This document shows, piece by piece, positions 1 to 35,382 of a DNA stretch of 64,000 nucleotides. A program made the translations under genes and the position numbers. This DNA is from Phoronis australis. Taxonomy: Eukaryota > Animalia > Phoronida. The DNA lies in the NCBI GenBank assembly GCA_002633005.1, contig NMRA01000057.1, positions 431,567 through 495,566 of the forward strand, given 5' to 3'. Below the pieces are notes generated by a model, which had not been told where the DNA came from, searched no databases, and saw nothing but the letters and a program-made list of their open reading frames with translations. Positions within the stretch are counted from its first letter, which is position 1. The number at the start of each line of letters is the position of its first letter.

Positions 1-461
1 AACAGGTTTGAGTCTCGTTTGATGAACAGTCACAGAATGAAACAATTGGCATGATTAGACAGGCTGTATATCCTGAAGGAGATGCGTAAACACAAGAATC
101 TGGCAAGTAATGCAAAAATGATCATGTGCTTCGCTTGTAACGTACAGCGATATCTCGCGAAGACCGGGTAATCTTGCGTTTTCGAGCGTATATTGCGGAA
201 CGGGCACCTGGTGGAATAGACATTCATAGTAATTACTCACAATACAGCAATCAGTTTTACTGAAGTAAACACGAATTAACTGCTGGTTTCTTTCCAATCC
301 AGAAAATGCCTTTTATCTGAATATGAACAGGTTGAGTCCAGTTGACCAAACCAAAAATTAGTTTCTGTGCCCAGAGGCAAGTTGATAACAGTTTTGAGAG
401 CATGAAATCTGCAAGAAACTCTTTCAAGAAGACTGAATATTGCTTTAATAAGTAGCCTCAC

Positions 462-21590
<21,129 letters not shown>

Positions 21591-23157
21591 TGCCCCGTAT
21601 CGTGAGCACCTCTGCACTGCAGCGTTTGTAGTGAATAAACCGGCAGTGGCTTCCTATCACCCGGGGGGTATGCTTCCAAAAGTAGAACAAGCAAAGTGTA
21701 CAACAAGACTTTGAAAACCCCGGGGATAGCCCAGTATTATAAGTACGTCAAATGAACAATGATTAGAAGCTACACTGAAGGATTGGAATCTCGAAAAATT
21801 GCCTACCAATGCGCAAACGAAGCGAGACCGGAACGTTGGAATTGCAATGGATATTGCAAATCTTAAAGATGCTATGTCTCATTAAAACCATAACCATTTA
21901 AATTTGTAGTAAGAGCCACCTAGTGACTTCCTGGAGAACTGTGTGTACAAGTATAATCAGGAAAGGAAATAATTTGTAAATAAACTGCGGTTTTAAATAA
22001 AACACTACAACTGATACACTTAAAAATAAGCGCGAACTTATAAAATATCCTAATAATTCCAAATATTACGCAATCGTTATTTGATAGTGAAATACACAAA
22101 TAATAAAAACTGTGCCTTGTTTCATTAGGGTAAGGATAACATGTTACCATACTCATTTACATAATAGCCTCACAAAACTAGACTTTCACGAGAAAGTAAT
22201 GGTAATGATTCTCGGATGGTTTCCGGCACACTGGAGGTTGGGACCAGGGGTTGTTTGTAATTTCATTTGTATATTCACAATTTAATGAGACAATGCATCT
22301 TTAAGTGGAGATACTGTCGAGGGAAAAAGACGACCACGGGGAACGTTTGCGTATCACCAAGCAAGCCAATGGCACTGAAATTCAAGGGATGCTTCTTGAT
22401 GAATTGTTCGTTTGTAAGAATCTCAGTTGTTAAGCACTCAAACTTGTAACTGCGTGACACGTGTTGATGGTAAAAGTTTGTTATTTCTCTCGTGGGCTGT
22501 ACAATTTGTGCATTGTTCGACTTATTTTGAACTGGCATTGTGAATTTTCAGAGTGATGACTTGCAAATCTAGAAGTAGAAAAATACAATAACATTTGCAC
22601 CAATTAAAAAAGGAAATCTCAAGTCCCTGTTTGTGAAATATGTCGATGTCCTACAATACAGATCGTGCAGCACAGAAAACTATTACGCATGGCAGTCAAC
22701 CCCCGGCAATTGTCTCGCGATCACTCCTCACCTGATATCTTTATGATTTATCACAGGCTTATCATCATCTATGCAAGGTAAACACACTTCTGCTGTTTTA
22801 AATATCTCATCAGGTGGTTCCCAGTTTCGAGAGCACCGTAAACTGAGACCAATGCCTCGACGTCAGTGGTAGTGATATACGACTGGGCCTCACAACACAC
22901 AGCTGAGTTGTCACCCACATATACACTTACCAAACAACAGTTGATTAAATACCAACTCAAGAATTAGAGAAAAAATTTGCTAGGCCAAAACAAAAAATAT
23001 CTTCAGTTAACGTGAATCGGTACGCGTGTCCCAGTTGTGGATACGGACAACACAGACCCCAGAGGCGAACGTCTGTTCGGTAAGCTGGCAATTGATAGGA
23101 TTAATACTGCTTGTTTGGGCCTACTTATATCTATTATGAACTTATGGCTGCCTGAAA

Positions 23158-23320
23158 CAGGGGCGCAACCAGGATTTTGAGTTAGGGAGGGGGGCAGGAC
23201 AGAGTATTAGCCAGGATTTTTCCCGTCAGGCATTGGCACCCCCGAACTGCCAAATGTAATCTGGGAGAATTTTAGGGGGGGGGGCATGGACCCCTTGGCC
23301 CCCCTCTAAGTGCGCCACTG
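23158..23320. mobile_element. Short GC-rich CAGGGGCG…CGCCACTG MITE; related fragments near 17460, 18210, 35670, 48410 and 52900
   Basis: Termini caggggcgca / tgcgccactg with G-runs; atctgggagaattttagg shared with about 35674. Confidence 0.55.
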
Positions 23321-23341
23321 TGAAATACTATCTGATCTCTC

Positions 23342-23950
23342 TAGCCTCGTCCCAAAGCCTCAAGAAGCGGCTGTTCGGTGAGCCATTTGAGGCTTGTCGA
23401 GGAGACATCCCTTCTGCGCGCTGATGGGCCGCAGACGACGTTCACCGCTGGCAAGAGCGACACAAGAAACCTTCAATCACTTGAATCTCCGAATACTTAA
23501 ATATCAGTTCTTGAAGATTCTTGTCTTTACTTCTTTGATGTGATAATTTGATTGTTTTTTTCAGAAACTAAACAAGTGATCCAAACGCAGATTTTAACTT
23601 TTTTTCACATGCGTTGTTGTTACCATTCGTCATTCGAAGCAGACGATACTGTTTTGTTAGTGTTTAAAATAAAAGGTGCACGCGTACCTATTGTCAATTC
23701 TCTGTTTTATTGAAAGCACCATAGAAATTATCTTGCTTTTGAATTCAAAAACATCATATTTTCAATGAACTAATCCTAAATTGCTGTATGAACACCGCTC
23801 ATTTTTATCGTTTGTATTATAATACAGCAAATTTCAGAAGTGACATAACTTCGATTTCCGAAGATTTCTGACAAGTAAATTTCTCCTCACGAAACCCGGC
23901 TCAAATGGCTAAACCGACCAGCGCCATCTTGAGGCTTGGGGGCGAGGCTA
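23342..23950. mobile_element. Non-autonomous TIR element with TAG…CTA ends
   Basis: tagcctcgtcccaaagcctcaaga...agccatttgag and ctcaaatggct...tcttgaggcttgggggcgaggcta; ~65-bp imperfect TIR. Confidence 0.8.
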
Positions 23951-26900
23951 GATTGCGTATGTACGTGAGCTAAATACATATAACCTAAAGTCTACTTCTC
24001 CGCATGTGCCTTGGTTCTCCATGCCTGGTGGAAGCTCATTTCAATTTTGAGTTTGATCCCCCTGTTCATTTGCAAAGTACCTGATTGCAACACGTTTCAG
24101 TCCCCCGGTTGCCAACACTTTCGCGTGTTACCCACCCAGTTGAATACCTATCAATGGCTCCACCAGTGTTAGCTTTTGTCACAACGTCACCTTTACAGCT
24201 GAGTGGCCCTGTGAAAGATCAATGGTATACATGTACTTAGTAAGTAATGTCAAGACTAGCGTGTATTGGGATAAGACCACAGATCGAGTGCCTGGTTCAA
24301 CATAACCCATTTCTCCCACTCTGTCTAAGGGCAACTGTGAAAATACAAACATACAACTTGGAGACATTTCACTCGTTATTTTCATCAATAAAGAAATTTA
24401 ACGAAGCTATAGCTTGTTACTTTGGTATGTTCTTCCGAAAAAAAAAATGAGATATCAAAAATGACAATTACAAAAGTTATCATAAATGTTCTCAGTCAAA
24501 TGTCTTATTTCTTAAGATCTGTTTTGGTTAAAGAAACAAAATATATGAGAGTATTAAAACAAGATTGACCTACAGTGCTCGAAAAGTGAGGCCACGTAAT
24601 CTCGTCACGATCAGCAAAATATCAATTGTGTATGGATGTTTTCGTTTAAAGACTGTAACGGTAGGACATCTATTGTTTCGTTTTAGTAACTCACTGTATA
24701 GTCTTAACGAGCGTTGCGGGTCTGAATACTAATTTTGCATGTCAGTATGTGGCTTTTGAATGGCTTCGTCTACCCTCAATCCGCGTCAAGTTGAGCTTAA
24801 GGTGGGATTTTGGACGTCATTCGTGCCATGTCGTTTGAGACGTCAGCAAGATTTTACGGTTCTGCTCCGACGGTGCCCATGTTACTGTTCTTGATGTTGC
24901 GAATACTAATCGTGCATGTTCATTGTAACATAGAGAGTAAACTAATAAACCAGTAAAACTCGACTTGTCTGTTTTGCGAGCATCTTGCAATCACTTCATA
25001 CCATTTCTGATTTTTAAACTTATTACCAATCTGGCAATATCTAAGTGATGTGTTGTACACTGGCAATGCTTGCTGGCAGGCTAGGTCTTATCAGTACTGA
25101 AGTTTGGAAGCCAAGGTGCGTTTTGCTGGATTGTTTGAAAAAGTCACGCACCAACATTCCTGCATGTAGAACCCTAACCATCTCACTGTCGAAACCGATT
25201 GTGTTTAGCTCCCTCTGGAGGTTTGTTCACAATGGGCAGCAAAAATGTCGGCCTGAGAAAAAGTGGCAGGACTTGCAGATCTGGACGTTTTACGCAAAAC
25301 AATGTCAGGAACCACTGAATTGTATTTGTGACAACAACTCCCTCTTAGTTCACTTAATTGTCATTAAACCGGGAGCATTGATTTCTTTCATTTTTAAGAT
25401 GCCCAAAACGTGGCCTTAAACTTTTATCTTACTGATATCTTGTCAGATTATTACAACAAGTAACCCTATGAGATGTGTTCAGGGGAAAAACATGACTTTG
25501 TTCAGTAATCTCGAGCTTCAAAAGTTATGCTAGCATTTTTACTCTTCTCTTACTAACAGGCGACGGAAGCGTACTTTGTTAAAACCGTCAGGCTCATATT
25601 TAGTTTTGAGTGCGCAGCTCACCGGAGTTTACAAAACGCTGGCTCTGTTCCGCTAGTGGCTTGTAGTCTTCTGACCTTGTATTTTATTAACCCTGTGTCC
25701 GTTTCCTTGAGTATCTATTTCGTTTCTAACATTTTCATTTTACCATGTCGCTTATAATGAGACGTGCACTCGAAATACTAGCTACAAATTTTTTGTTTAT
25801 TTGTTTGTCAATGTCTGTTGTCGATTTACTTCATAAATGTACACATGTGATGATCGAAAACAATACAAAAAACTGCGAGCGAGTGTGTGTGGAACTATGC
25901 AACAGAAAACACAGTCATGTTTTTAATAAAGTTTGTGTTAACGAAGGGCTGCTACCGAACTGACGAACAACAAAGTCCAACTTTGTGTTTTTGAAACGAC
26001 CTTTTTCTGAACTTTCATCTTCGGTCTTAACTTTGAAAAATGTTGGTCTTGAGTCAGTTTTCAGTGAACAACAAGAGACCAATACGCAAAAATTCTGGGT
26101 GTCGTAGTCGTCAGTGCGCATGCCTCAGTTTGGATGTTTGTGGTAAAAACGTAGTCCAGAAATGAGGTTCTGGAACAGTGTATTGAATCATTTCGTTGTT
26201 ACATTTGACCTCTTGTTATCTTAAGTGAGTTACAAAACACGAATTATTTTGGAATTTACGTCGATATATTATGCTATTATTGTTGCAGCAGCTGCAAGCC
26301 CCACGTATTTCTCAATAGGTCGTGCAGTAAATTGAGATATTTACTATATAACTGTTTATTTCATACTAAGAATTTGAACAAAAATGACACAGTTTCGGCC
26401 CACAATTCTAAAACAATATATTCCGGCAGATTAACAATTATAATATTAATAAATATAAAAATGATGATTGCTCACAGATATCAAAAGTACAAGAGACAAT
26501 TTCTATGGTATAACAACATAATACGATCTAGTTAAAAAAACACAGGCAAACAAACATAATAACAGAAACAAAGAAAGTCTATAGACCTATCACTATGGGG
26601 CTGCTAAGTAATTAAAATTTGAGTGTGCTATTATAAATGAAAGTAGATACTATATCTAATAGAAAAATATTCAGATTTAAGTTAGATTATTGCGAACCAT
26701 AAAGTAAGAATAAAGCACGCTGATTAATAGGTAAGGTATATCGTGAAGACTTGTGTGAACTGGTGAAACTGGCAAGCAACTAGCTTTAAGGAGCACAGCT
26801 CAGTTGATGCTGTTCTATTCAGCAGAGCGTTAATGTTGTTTACTTTAGTCATAGAACTCTAGCCCTGGAATGCCAACTCCGATCTCGCAGCCGTTGAGGT

Positions 26901-27674
26901 TGCGCCGCGCATGCGTGAGAGTTATTTGCATTAGTATTGTTCCACTGCGTGTATTTGCTATGGAATTTATTGTCATTGAAACTTTTCGCAATTCAGCCTT
27001 ATATCAACCCAATTGCATTACAACCCTATCACTAGAAAGCCCTTTGTCCGTTCTTGATGATTATAACAGAAGCACTAGATAAATAATTCAATTCATTAGT
27101 ACTTATCATATCACATACCTGACTGCAAAAACCAAGAGTGTTACCAAAATGCGAAAAAACAGCGCGTAATAGTAATATAAAAAGGAAATGAACCATAAAG
27201 GTTATATAAATGACTAGTTAAGTTATTAGGGAAACAATTTCAATGATTCAAAGGATTTCTACCCTATAAAGACACAGGTGTAAAAACGGACCCCTCACAC
27301 TTGCTGTGGACAGTTTAGTCAGGTATTCATCCAAAATTATGCATTTCTATATAATACAATTAATTGAACCTTTGGTGCCGTTTTTATACAGTTACATTCT
27401 TCAGTAAAAATTTAGAATGCAGTGACATACGAAAACGCGATAAAATACTCCAAGTATCTATCTGAAGTTTGTGGATAAAAGTTTTCTGATACATAAAAAT
27501 GGACAAATATCTATCACGTGACATTGAAATGTACTGTGGATAGCTCATCACATTGTTCGCAGCCTAGAACAATCCACAACAGTTTAGAAATAAACCTTTT
27601 TCTTCAGAAAGTAAATGTTAGAAATCCTGATGCATATAGTGTATGTTACCGTAAACAACATACAATGGAACACA

Positions 27675-30221
27675 TTTTTACTCTGCGCGCTGGGTTTTCT
27701 TCAATTTTATTCTTATTCTTATTCTTATTCTTCTTATTACTCTGCGTGTGTAAGTGCAGAGTACTGTTGTTCCTGAGTTTTCTTCAATTTTATTCTTATT
27801 ACTCTGCGCGTGCAAGCGCAGAGTACTGTTGTTCCTGAGTTTTCTTCAATTTTATTCTTATTCTTCTTATTCTTCTCCGACCAACTTTGAGGCTTAATAA
27901 CTCCAAATTGGGTGCAGGTACGGTCTTTAAATTCAGCATATGATTTTTGACAGTATATAAATTTTGATTGGTTATGTAATCATATTCCATATTGCACCAA
28001 AAGAGGTTGTTTGGTGCAAAAGTCATATAATTTTCAAAATGCTACTCCTCCTTCAGTTTTAAAGCTATCTTTTTAAAATTCGGTGCACCGGTATAAGTCA
28101 ACATGACAATTTAAAAAATTACTTTTCTAAGTAATCGGGTCATCCAATCAGGTGAAATAGGTCAAAGGTCATTAGGTGCAAACTAAAATTTTTAGCTAGA
28201 CACTTCAAATTGACAGGTCTAATTGCCACAGGTAAATCAAATCGGAATCCAAAGTTTCAGGTCATTTAATGTAAACATGGGGTCATTAGGTGCATTTTTC
28301 TTCTGAAAATTTGACCTTTTCAATCAGCAAGTATTCTGATGCGTCAACCGTTAGACAACTGTGATTCTCAGCGTTAAACACATTTTCCATGGGCTTTGCA
28401 ATCATTCTCCTAAAAATGCTTAAAATGCACCGGATAAGGTCAAATAGTGCAAAGGTCGTGTAACGTTCAAAGTGTTATATCTCTTACGTTTTTCAAGGAA
28501 TTCTTTTCAATTTTAGCACACTGGTGTAAGTCAACATGCCAATTAAATACCCTACTTTACTTTGCAATAGGCCTAACCAATCAGAAAAAATGGGTCAAAG
28601 GTCGTTGAGTACAAACTAAAATTTTGAGCTAGAGACTTCAGAATTACGCATCTGTTTACTAAGTGCGATTGAGTGTGAATTCTAAATTTTCATGTCATTT
28701 GGTGCACCCATGGGATCATTAGGTGCATTTTTCTTCTGAAAGTTTGACCAATTCATTCATCTTGTATTCTGAAGTGCTTAAAGTAAAATATCTGTGATTA
28801 TTAGCATTAACCACACTTTTAATCGAGTTAACAATTACTCCCTCATCGGGTTTCATAATGCACCGGAAGAGGTCAATTAGTGGAAAGGTCATCAAAAAAT
28901 TAATATGTAATTTCTCCTACAATTTTAAAGAATTCCTTTTCATATTGATAAACGGGTTGCTGTCAGTATCTTCCCATAATAATTCCAGTAATACGCACGC
29001 GCAGAGTCCGTTATTGTCACGCCGTGACAATAATCTTTCTTGTTCTTCTTATTCTTCTTCTTATTCTTCTTCCGACCAACTTTGAGGCTTAATAACTCTA
29101 AATTGAGTGCAGGTACGGTTTTTAATTCCAGCATATAACTTTTGACAGTATATAAATTTTGATTGGTTATATAATCATATTCCATATTGCAGCGGAAGAG
29201 GTTGTTTGGTGCAAAGGTCATATAATTTTCAAAATTCTACTCCTCCTTCAGTTTTAAAGCTATCTTTTTCAAATTCGGTGCACAGGTATAAGTCAACATC
29301 ACAATTTAAAAATTGCTTTTCTAAGTAATCGGGTCATCCAATCAGGTGAAATAGGTCAAAGGTCATTAGGTGCAAACTAAAATTTTGAGCTAGACACTTC
29401 AAATTGACAGGTCTGATTGCCATATGTAAATCGAATCGGAATCTAAAGTTTCAGGTCATTTAGTGCAAACATGGGGTCATTAGGTGCATTTTTCTTCTGA
29501 AAATTTTACCTTTTCGATCAGCGAGTATTCTGATGTGCCAACCGTTAGACAACTGTGATTCTCAGCGTTAACCACATCTTCCATGGTCTTTGCAATAATT
29601 CTGCTAAAGATGCTTAAAATGCACCGGATCAGGTCAATTAGTGCAAAGGTCATGTAACGTTCAAAATGTTATATCTTACGTTTTTCAAGGAATTCTTTTC
29701 AATTTCAGCAGAGTGGTGTAAGTCAACATGCCAATTGAATACCCTACTTTATTTCGCAATAGGCCTAACCAATGTGAAAAAATAGGTCAAAGGTCATTGA
29801 GTGCAAACTAAAATTTTGAGCTACAGAATTCAGATTTACGTGCGATTGAGTTTGAATTCTAAATTTTCAGGTCATTTGGTGCACCCATGGAGTCATTAGG
29901 TGCATTTTTCTTTTAAAAGTTTGACTAATTCATTCATCTTGTATTCTGAAGTGCTTAAAGTAAAACATCTGTGATTTTTAGCATTAACCACACTTTTAAT
30001 CGAGTTAACGATTACTCCCTCATCGGGGCTCATAATGCACCGGAAGAGGTCAATTAGTGGAAAGGTCATCAAAAAATTAATATGTAATTTCTCCTACAAT
30101 TTTAAAGAACTCCTTTTCATGTTGGTAAACGGGTTGCTGTCAGTAACCTCCCATAATAATTCCAGTAATACGCACGCACAGAGTCCGTTATTGTCACGCC
30201 ATGACAATAATCTTTCTAGTT
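27675..30221 (+). mobile_element. Tandem pair of ~1.2-kb non-autonomous Helitron/Helentron (HINE/DINE-like) units
   Basis: 5' subTIR actctgcgcgtgc (repeated three times), (ttattc)n tract, 3' subTIR gcacgcgcagagt, then hairpin ttattgtcac-gcc-(g/a)tgacaataa and CTAG-TT end (30216-30221); unit 1 ends about 29044. Confidence 0.75.
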
Positions 30222-30935
30222 ACGATTGTTTTTACAATCAGAAATGAACTGTGGAAAATATCAATAAAAGAGACAATGTTATTTCAAACATTTGTTGCAC
30301 ATTTGTCACGGTCAACATTCAAGAGCGAAAAAACGGAGCAACTGGATTGAAAAGCTGGACTTCATGATAAAAAGCGGGACATCTAGGTCTAAGTCAAAAC
30401 GTAAGGGTGTAATATTCGCTGGAGCACAAAACGTCGTTCCGACAGCGTTTTTTGTTGAACGGGAGATGTAACACCAAAAAATTCCCGACACCGTTTTTTG
30501 TTGTTGTTTTTTTACAGTCCGCAAGAACCCGTGAAAGTCCCATTTTTTCTTTTCAGTCGAGCGGAAAAATATGGCTGTGTCGCGTGGGAAATTACAATAA
30601 TAGATGATAATATGTCAGTTTGACCCTGTGTCACAAAGCGGGACATTTAGATAGTGTGGCGGTATGGCCGAAAAAATGAAAAAAACTGGGACATTTCGGG
30701 AAGAGCGGGGCAATTGGCAAATATATTGTACGCTGAAACACAAAGTACTGGATTGGGTTCTTTCAGAAGGTAAACTTTTCGCTTTTTAAACTTTCACTGG
30801 TATAGGTACATGTAAATATCATAGATAACAGTAGGCCTACTTCTCAGAAATCGAATTAACAAAAACGGCGTCTGGGCAACATGTAAACATTGCACAAATG
30901 AATTATTATAGAAACAATTAAAACAGTAATATAAA

Positions 30936-30961
30936 CGCACCCACGCAAACGCGCGCGCGCG

Positions 30962-31001
<40 letters not shown>

Positions 31002-31048
31002 GACAGACACACACACACGCACGCACGCAAGCACGCACATACACACAC
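30936..31048. repeat. (CA/CG)n microsatellite
   Basis: Read directly from the sequence. Confidence 0.9.
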
Positions 31049-34000
31049 TTAGCTAAGCAGTTGTGAGTAATTTTTCGAAATTTACGTAAACAGTCCTGTT
31101 TTTAGGGACTAAACTTTTTATTTAGTTTAAATGTAACTTCTTCCCGCAAAACACATGTACAATATCATGATTTTAACACTCAGAATGTCATGTTGAAAAA
31201 CTCCTGGCATGTTACATGTAATATGAGAGGTTTTATGAAAGTGGTTCTACGACTGGAGCCGAAATGGTATCAGAGTACACAGGTTGGTGCGTATAAAGAA
31301 TGCCAATTGTGATTGTCGGATTTGTTGACTACTTTTGCCGAGAAATCACTGACTGTATGTAACCGTTCCTCAAGAGTCCCGCCTGATGAACAATTATAAC
31401 AAAATGAAAATGAAGCAATGAAATAAGGCTTGATTTGATAACTATAGCTCTCGATCAAAACTCAGTCGAGCAGGCAGCCGAAAATTCTCTGTGCAAACTT
31501 TCGCAGCTAGTCTCGGGGTAGCAAGCTCATCGGTCACGTGCGGGAGTTGGCATTCCAGGGCTAGATTTTTTTTGCTTTAGTTAAAGTCCTTCTCTCAAAC
31601 TGTCCATGTGGTTCCAGTATCCGAAAATACTTACTACATAAAATCTTATTTTCGACACCCTTTCTTTATATTCTTTTCGCCTTTCTTGCCAAAAGCGATT
31701 TTTAACAGTGTTTTACCCTTCTCTGTGAGCGTATAATTACCGGCTGTCATCGGTTATTTCCGTACCCACATTTCCGGCTCATCAGTTCAGGAACTTGTCC
31801 TGAACGCCGCCATTTTTTCCTTGTATCTGAATGTGCAATGGCTTGCTCGAAAAGTCTTCATTATTTTGTTTTATTAGTAACATCTCGTGATTCGTTTGCA
31901 TATGTAGTGTATTTATAGTTTGTAGTTAGTGGTCGTTGAATTTTTTTGGAATGTTACGCGTACTTAGTATGTTAAAATATCATTGGTGTTTAGTTCCTTA
32001 CGTTGGCCGGTCGAACTTAGGAACCAATATGGGTCGAACCAATTTTTTTCGATTTTATTTTTTTTTCTCGTTTTGAAAAAGTACTTTGGTATCATCGGAA
32101 GGGTAGTACATTCTACTCAATAGAAATCGAAAAAGTATCAAAATCGGGGCCAGCAGTGTAAAGTTATTGCAAGTTTTGTGGCGAAATTTGGGTCACTTTG
32201 TTTGGATCGCGTCGGCCATATTGGAGGACAGCGGGATAAGTTACGAGTTTAAAACTTTGTGTAAATTGTTTTCGCCAACAAATTACGGTGTAATTTAGTT
32301 AGACATATCTTTACTTACTATTCTGCACGATTTAACAGTGTTCACCAAATTTCAGCCTCGCAGTTGTTACTCATTAAGTGATGAATGTGCTCACAATTCC
32401 CGTCGGACTTCGTCTCATTTCTGGCGGCACCGACAACATGGCGACTTTTGCTGAACTGAAAGGCATGTTCAATCGGCTACTTTGTAATTTGTGAAGATTT
32501 AACCTTGATACATTTTGACAAACGTTGCTACAAAAAAGAAACTTTGTTCAATTTTCGTGTTTTTTGTGCAAAAATATAGGTTGTATTTGAATTATTTTAC
32601 TGTAAATTTCCCCTTCAGGTGATCTTACACTAAGCTAAAAAATAGTTGAAATAATTTTGAAATGGTTTTTTGTTTGACTGTCAACTGCTGTTCAAGACTA
32701 GATTCGGTGTCACAAAATGATTCATATTTTTCTAAATTTTAAGTCTCAATTGCTTTCAAGTCATGTTGTGTAACTTATTGCTTTTTAATTCAGGTTTTCA
32801 AGTCAACAATATGAATAATCTTAATTTGAGAAATAAGCTATGTTGGATTGTGAAGCTTCAAGCCTCTAATTCTTGTTCCTTGCAACTTCATATATTTTTA
32901 ACTGATGCTTGTCGAATTCTGGTGTAAGGAAACACTATTCCGTCACCATGGTAATAGTTACATGTATGTCCACTTTCATATCATGGAAACTGTTGCTGTT
33001 GAATAGTGTTTGTAATGCTAAATGTTGTAAAGTATTGTGCATTTTAAGTTACTTATTATGTTAAAAGTTTGAATCATTTTGGGTTAATGAATAAAAAATG
33101 ATAACATGTTGTAATGGACTTGTCATACTTATGTGCTCAAACGAGCCCCTTTTTGGAGAACTGGAAAAAGGTCTGCCTCAGACAGAGAAGCACGAATTCC
33201 GAAAAAAGTAGAAAATGAGACAATATTCCACTAGAAGACAGGAAATACCAAAACTTAGAGTCTGCAATTCATAGCTCTGAACATACCCACTGAATCTTAT
33301 AGTAAAAGATAGACATTCCCAACAATTCCAGCCCCCCATTCTTTTAGGCTTGGTGCGCTCCTGGGAAAATCTCTATTGAAAGCCAACAACTTTGCACAGT
33401 TCGCCAGAAGTACCCAAGTTCTAAATAAACGTTGTCTCGTTTGAGCGAGCGCTGTGGCCAGCGACCAGTTAGGCCTAAGGGTATTCTTGGCGCAAAGCTG
33501 TATAGGCCTACTAACAAGCTGAATTTTGACGGTAGTCTTCACTGGTAGCTGGTGACTCAGGCTAACTAAGGTCTGCCGCGGCAGTTTGACACAGGACTAA
33601 CCAGCCCGAAATTTGATGCAAGTGTCTGAAACTACCCTTGAATATATGCAGCATTTATGATTTGACCATTTTACTTCGACAAAACAGCTTGCAACCGCAT
33701 GCATTTACCGTTCGCCAGTGTCTGGTCTCGATCCGCACCGGGTCCGATAGTCTGCGGTCCCGAGTCTGGCAAAATAATTTCTGTCAAAATTTATTCGCCA
33801 CAATTCTTCAGCAAATTCGATAAAATTGTCCGTAGTTTGATTTTATTAAAATTAAGGCGCGCTGTCGATTATTTTATCCCCGTTTGCTGGCTGGTAACAG
33901 TACAGGCACTGCTCCAGTCGCACTGACGGCGTTTTCTCGGCCTGGGTTCCTGAATGAATTGTACTTCCGGGTTCGCGGCAAGTTCAAAATGGCGGTGTTT

Positions 34001-34785
34001 CTTCGGGTGCGAATCGTGAGTGGCGCGTTCATTTAAACTTTTTTCGAGTACGGCGCTTGTATTAGTTATAGAGTAATTTCTTGGATCCTTATAACATCCT
34101 CTAACCATGTAATAAGGGTTAACAACGCGTGAGAGAAGGACTTTAAGGCTATGTACTTTAATACTACTGTGGCTGTCGTGATTTCCGGCGTCAAAGTGAA
34201 ATATGGCCTTCGTTATATGTCCCTCAAGTAATAGATTTCTCTAAAGTATGGATATTGTATCAAACTCTGCTTTTTACTGATGTTGATGTAGATTTTTAAA
34301 AGCTCTGTATACGGTGGTCGCTAATGAATCGACGAAACCTAAGGATACAGATAAGTATTTTGACAATGGTATCTTTGCACAATTGTATATTGCAGATTGC
34401 TGATTAATGATCTATCTCTGTGTTTCTCCAATCGTAAAAGCAGCAAATATGGGCATCCTATTTTAATTCTTACGGTGACAGTTGACAGAAACAGCGAAAT
34501 TATCACCTACGCGTCGCGGTGTTAATGTGCGAGTGGTACTCTTCCGCTAACCAATCAAAATTGACGCGATGTTATTTGCTACTTTTCGAACAGCGACTGG
34601 GGTAACGTTTTGCGGTTTTGTGCCAGAAAAAAAAATAAAAGACGGCCGTGGTAGTCTGAGATATCACAACTTAGCGCGCAATGTGGAAAAATAAACACAA
34701 TGAGATTTAGGCAACTGCGACTGCCTGTTTGCCTACTGCTGTAAGAGGCACTGCAATGCTGAGCCAAGAACGTCGCAGCTTTATC

Positions 34786-35382
34786 CTAATGCGATTGTCC
34801 CTTAAGGATGTTTTTCTCGGAGTACGCCTCTCCGCATATCTCAGCCAAGCACGCCGTGGAATGAAATCGATAAAATATGACGAATGGTATAAACAGGTGG
34901 AACATGATCAGCCATGTTTGCTGACCAAAGATTTCCATGATGCGCCCTCTGTCGATCTGACTGGCGGCGAACGTTTCCACGATCCACAGACTCAGGTTGC
35001 AGCAAAGCACGAAAAGCACAATATTACGACCGGGTTTCTGCTCGACAAGTTCCGGCGTGTTGGCGTTCTTTCTAAGGCCTTCCAAGATGAAGACCGTCTG
35101 GAACACCGGCTGCAGGACGCCTTGTAGAGCTCGAAGGAACGGTTGTAGCCAGTCTAGGTCACCTACCACTAAATAAGGCCAAGAAGCGCACAGGTAAAAT
35201 ACCTGGAAACAAAAATTGCCGACCAGCGATATCATAAGCAGGATGATATCCAGCATTCCATGGTCGCTGATATGGAACCGTAGATGGCGCGTGGCCCAGA
35301 AACCCATCAAGATGGCACCAGTGTTAAAGACGAATAAGATGTGCGACGTAGCGTAGAACATGGACAGCGAGAGAGGCTCGTC
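34786..35382 (-). CDS. Otop: Otopetrin exon 8 (terminal)
   Basis: Polypyrimidine tract then gaag|DEPLSLSMFY...KPGRNIVLFVLCCNLSLW...PFVIFYRFHSTACLAEI...GQSH*. Confidence 0.92.
   Translation of the reverse strand, partial: DEPLSLSMFYATSHILFVFNTGAILMGFWATRHLRFHISDHGMLDIILLMISLVGNFCFQVFYLCASWPYLVVGDLDWLQPFLRALQGVLQPVFQTVFILEGLRKNANTPELVEQKPGRNIVLFVLCCNLSLWIVETFAASQIDRGRIMEIFGQQTWLIMFHLFIPFVIFYRFHSTACLAEICGEAYSEKNILKGQSH

Larger units (their letters stand above)
26860..31563. mobile_element. 4.7-kb TIR-bounded element (TAG…CTA ends) with nested insertions
   Basis: Perfect inverted repeat tctagccctggaatgccaactcc (26858-26880) / ggagttggcattccagggctaga (31543-31565). Confidence 0.7.

Noticed and set aside
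1-461. Next GH31 exon (expected GxxEFNLFG…GADICGF)
   Set aside because: Not found in this stretch; it presumably lies beyond the window edge.
24801-25415. Possible TTAA-flanked element and ORF 25045-25419
   Set aside because: The TIR is very degenerate and the ORF has no recognisable motif.
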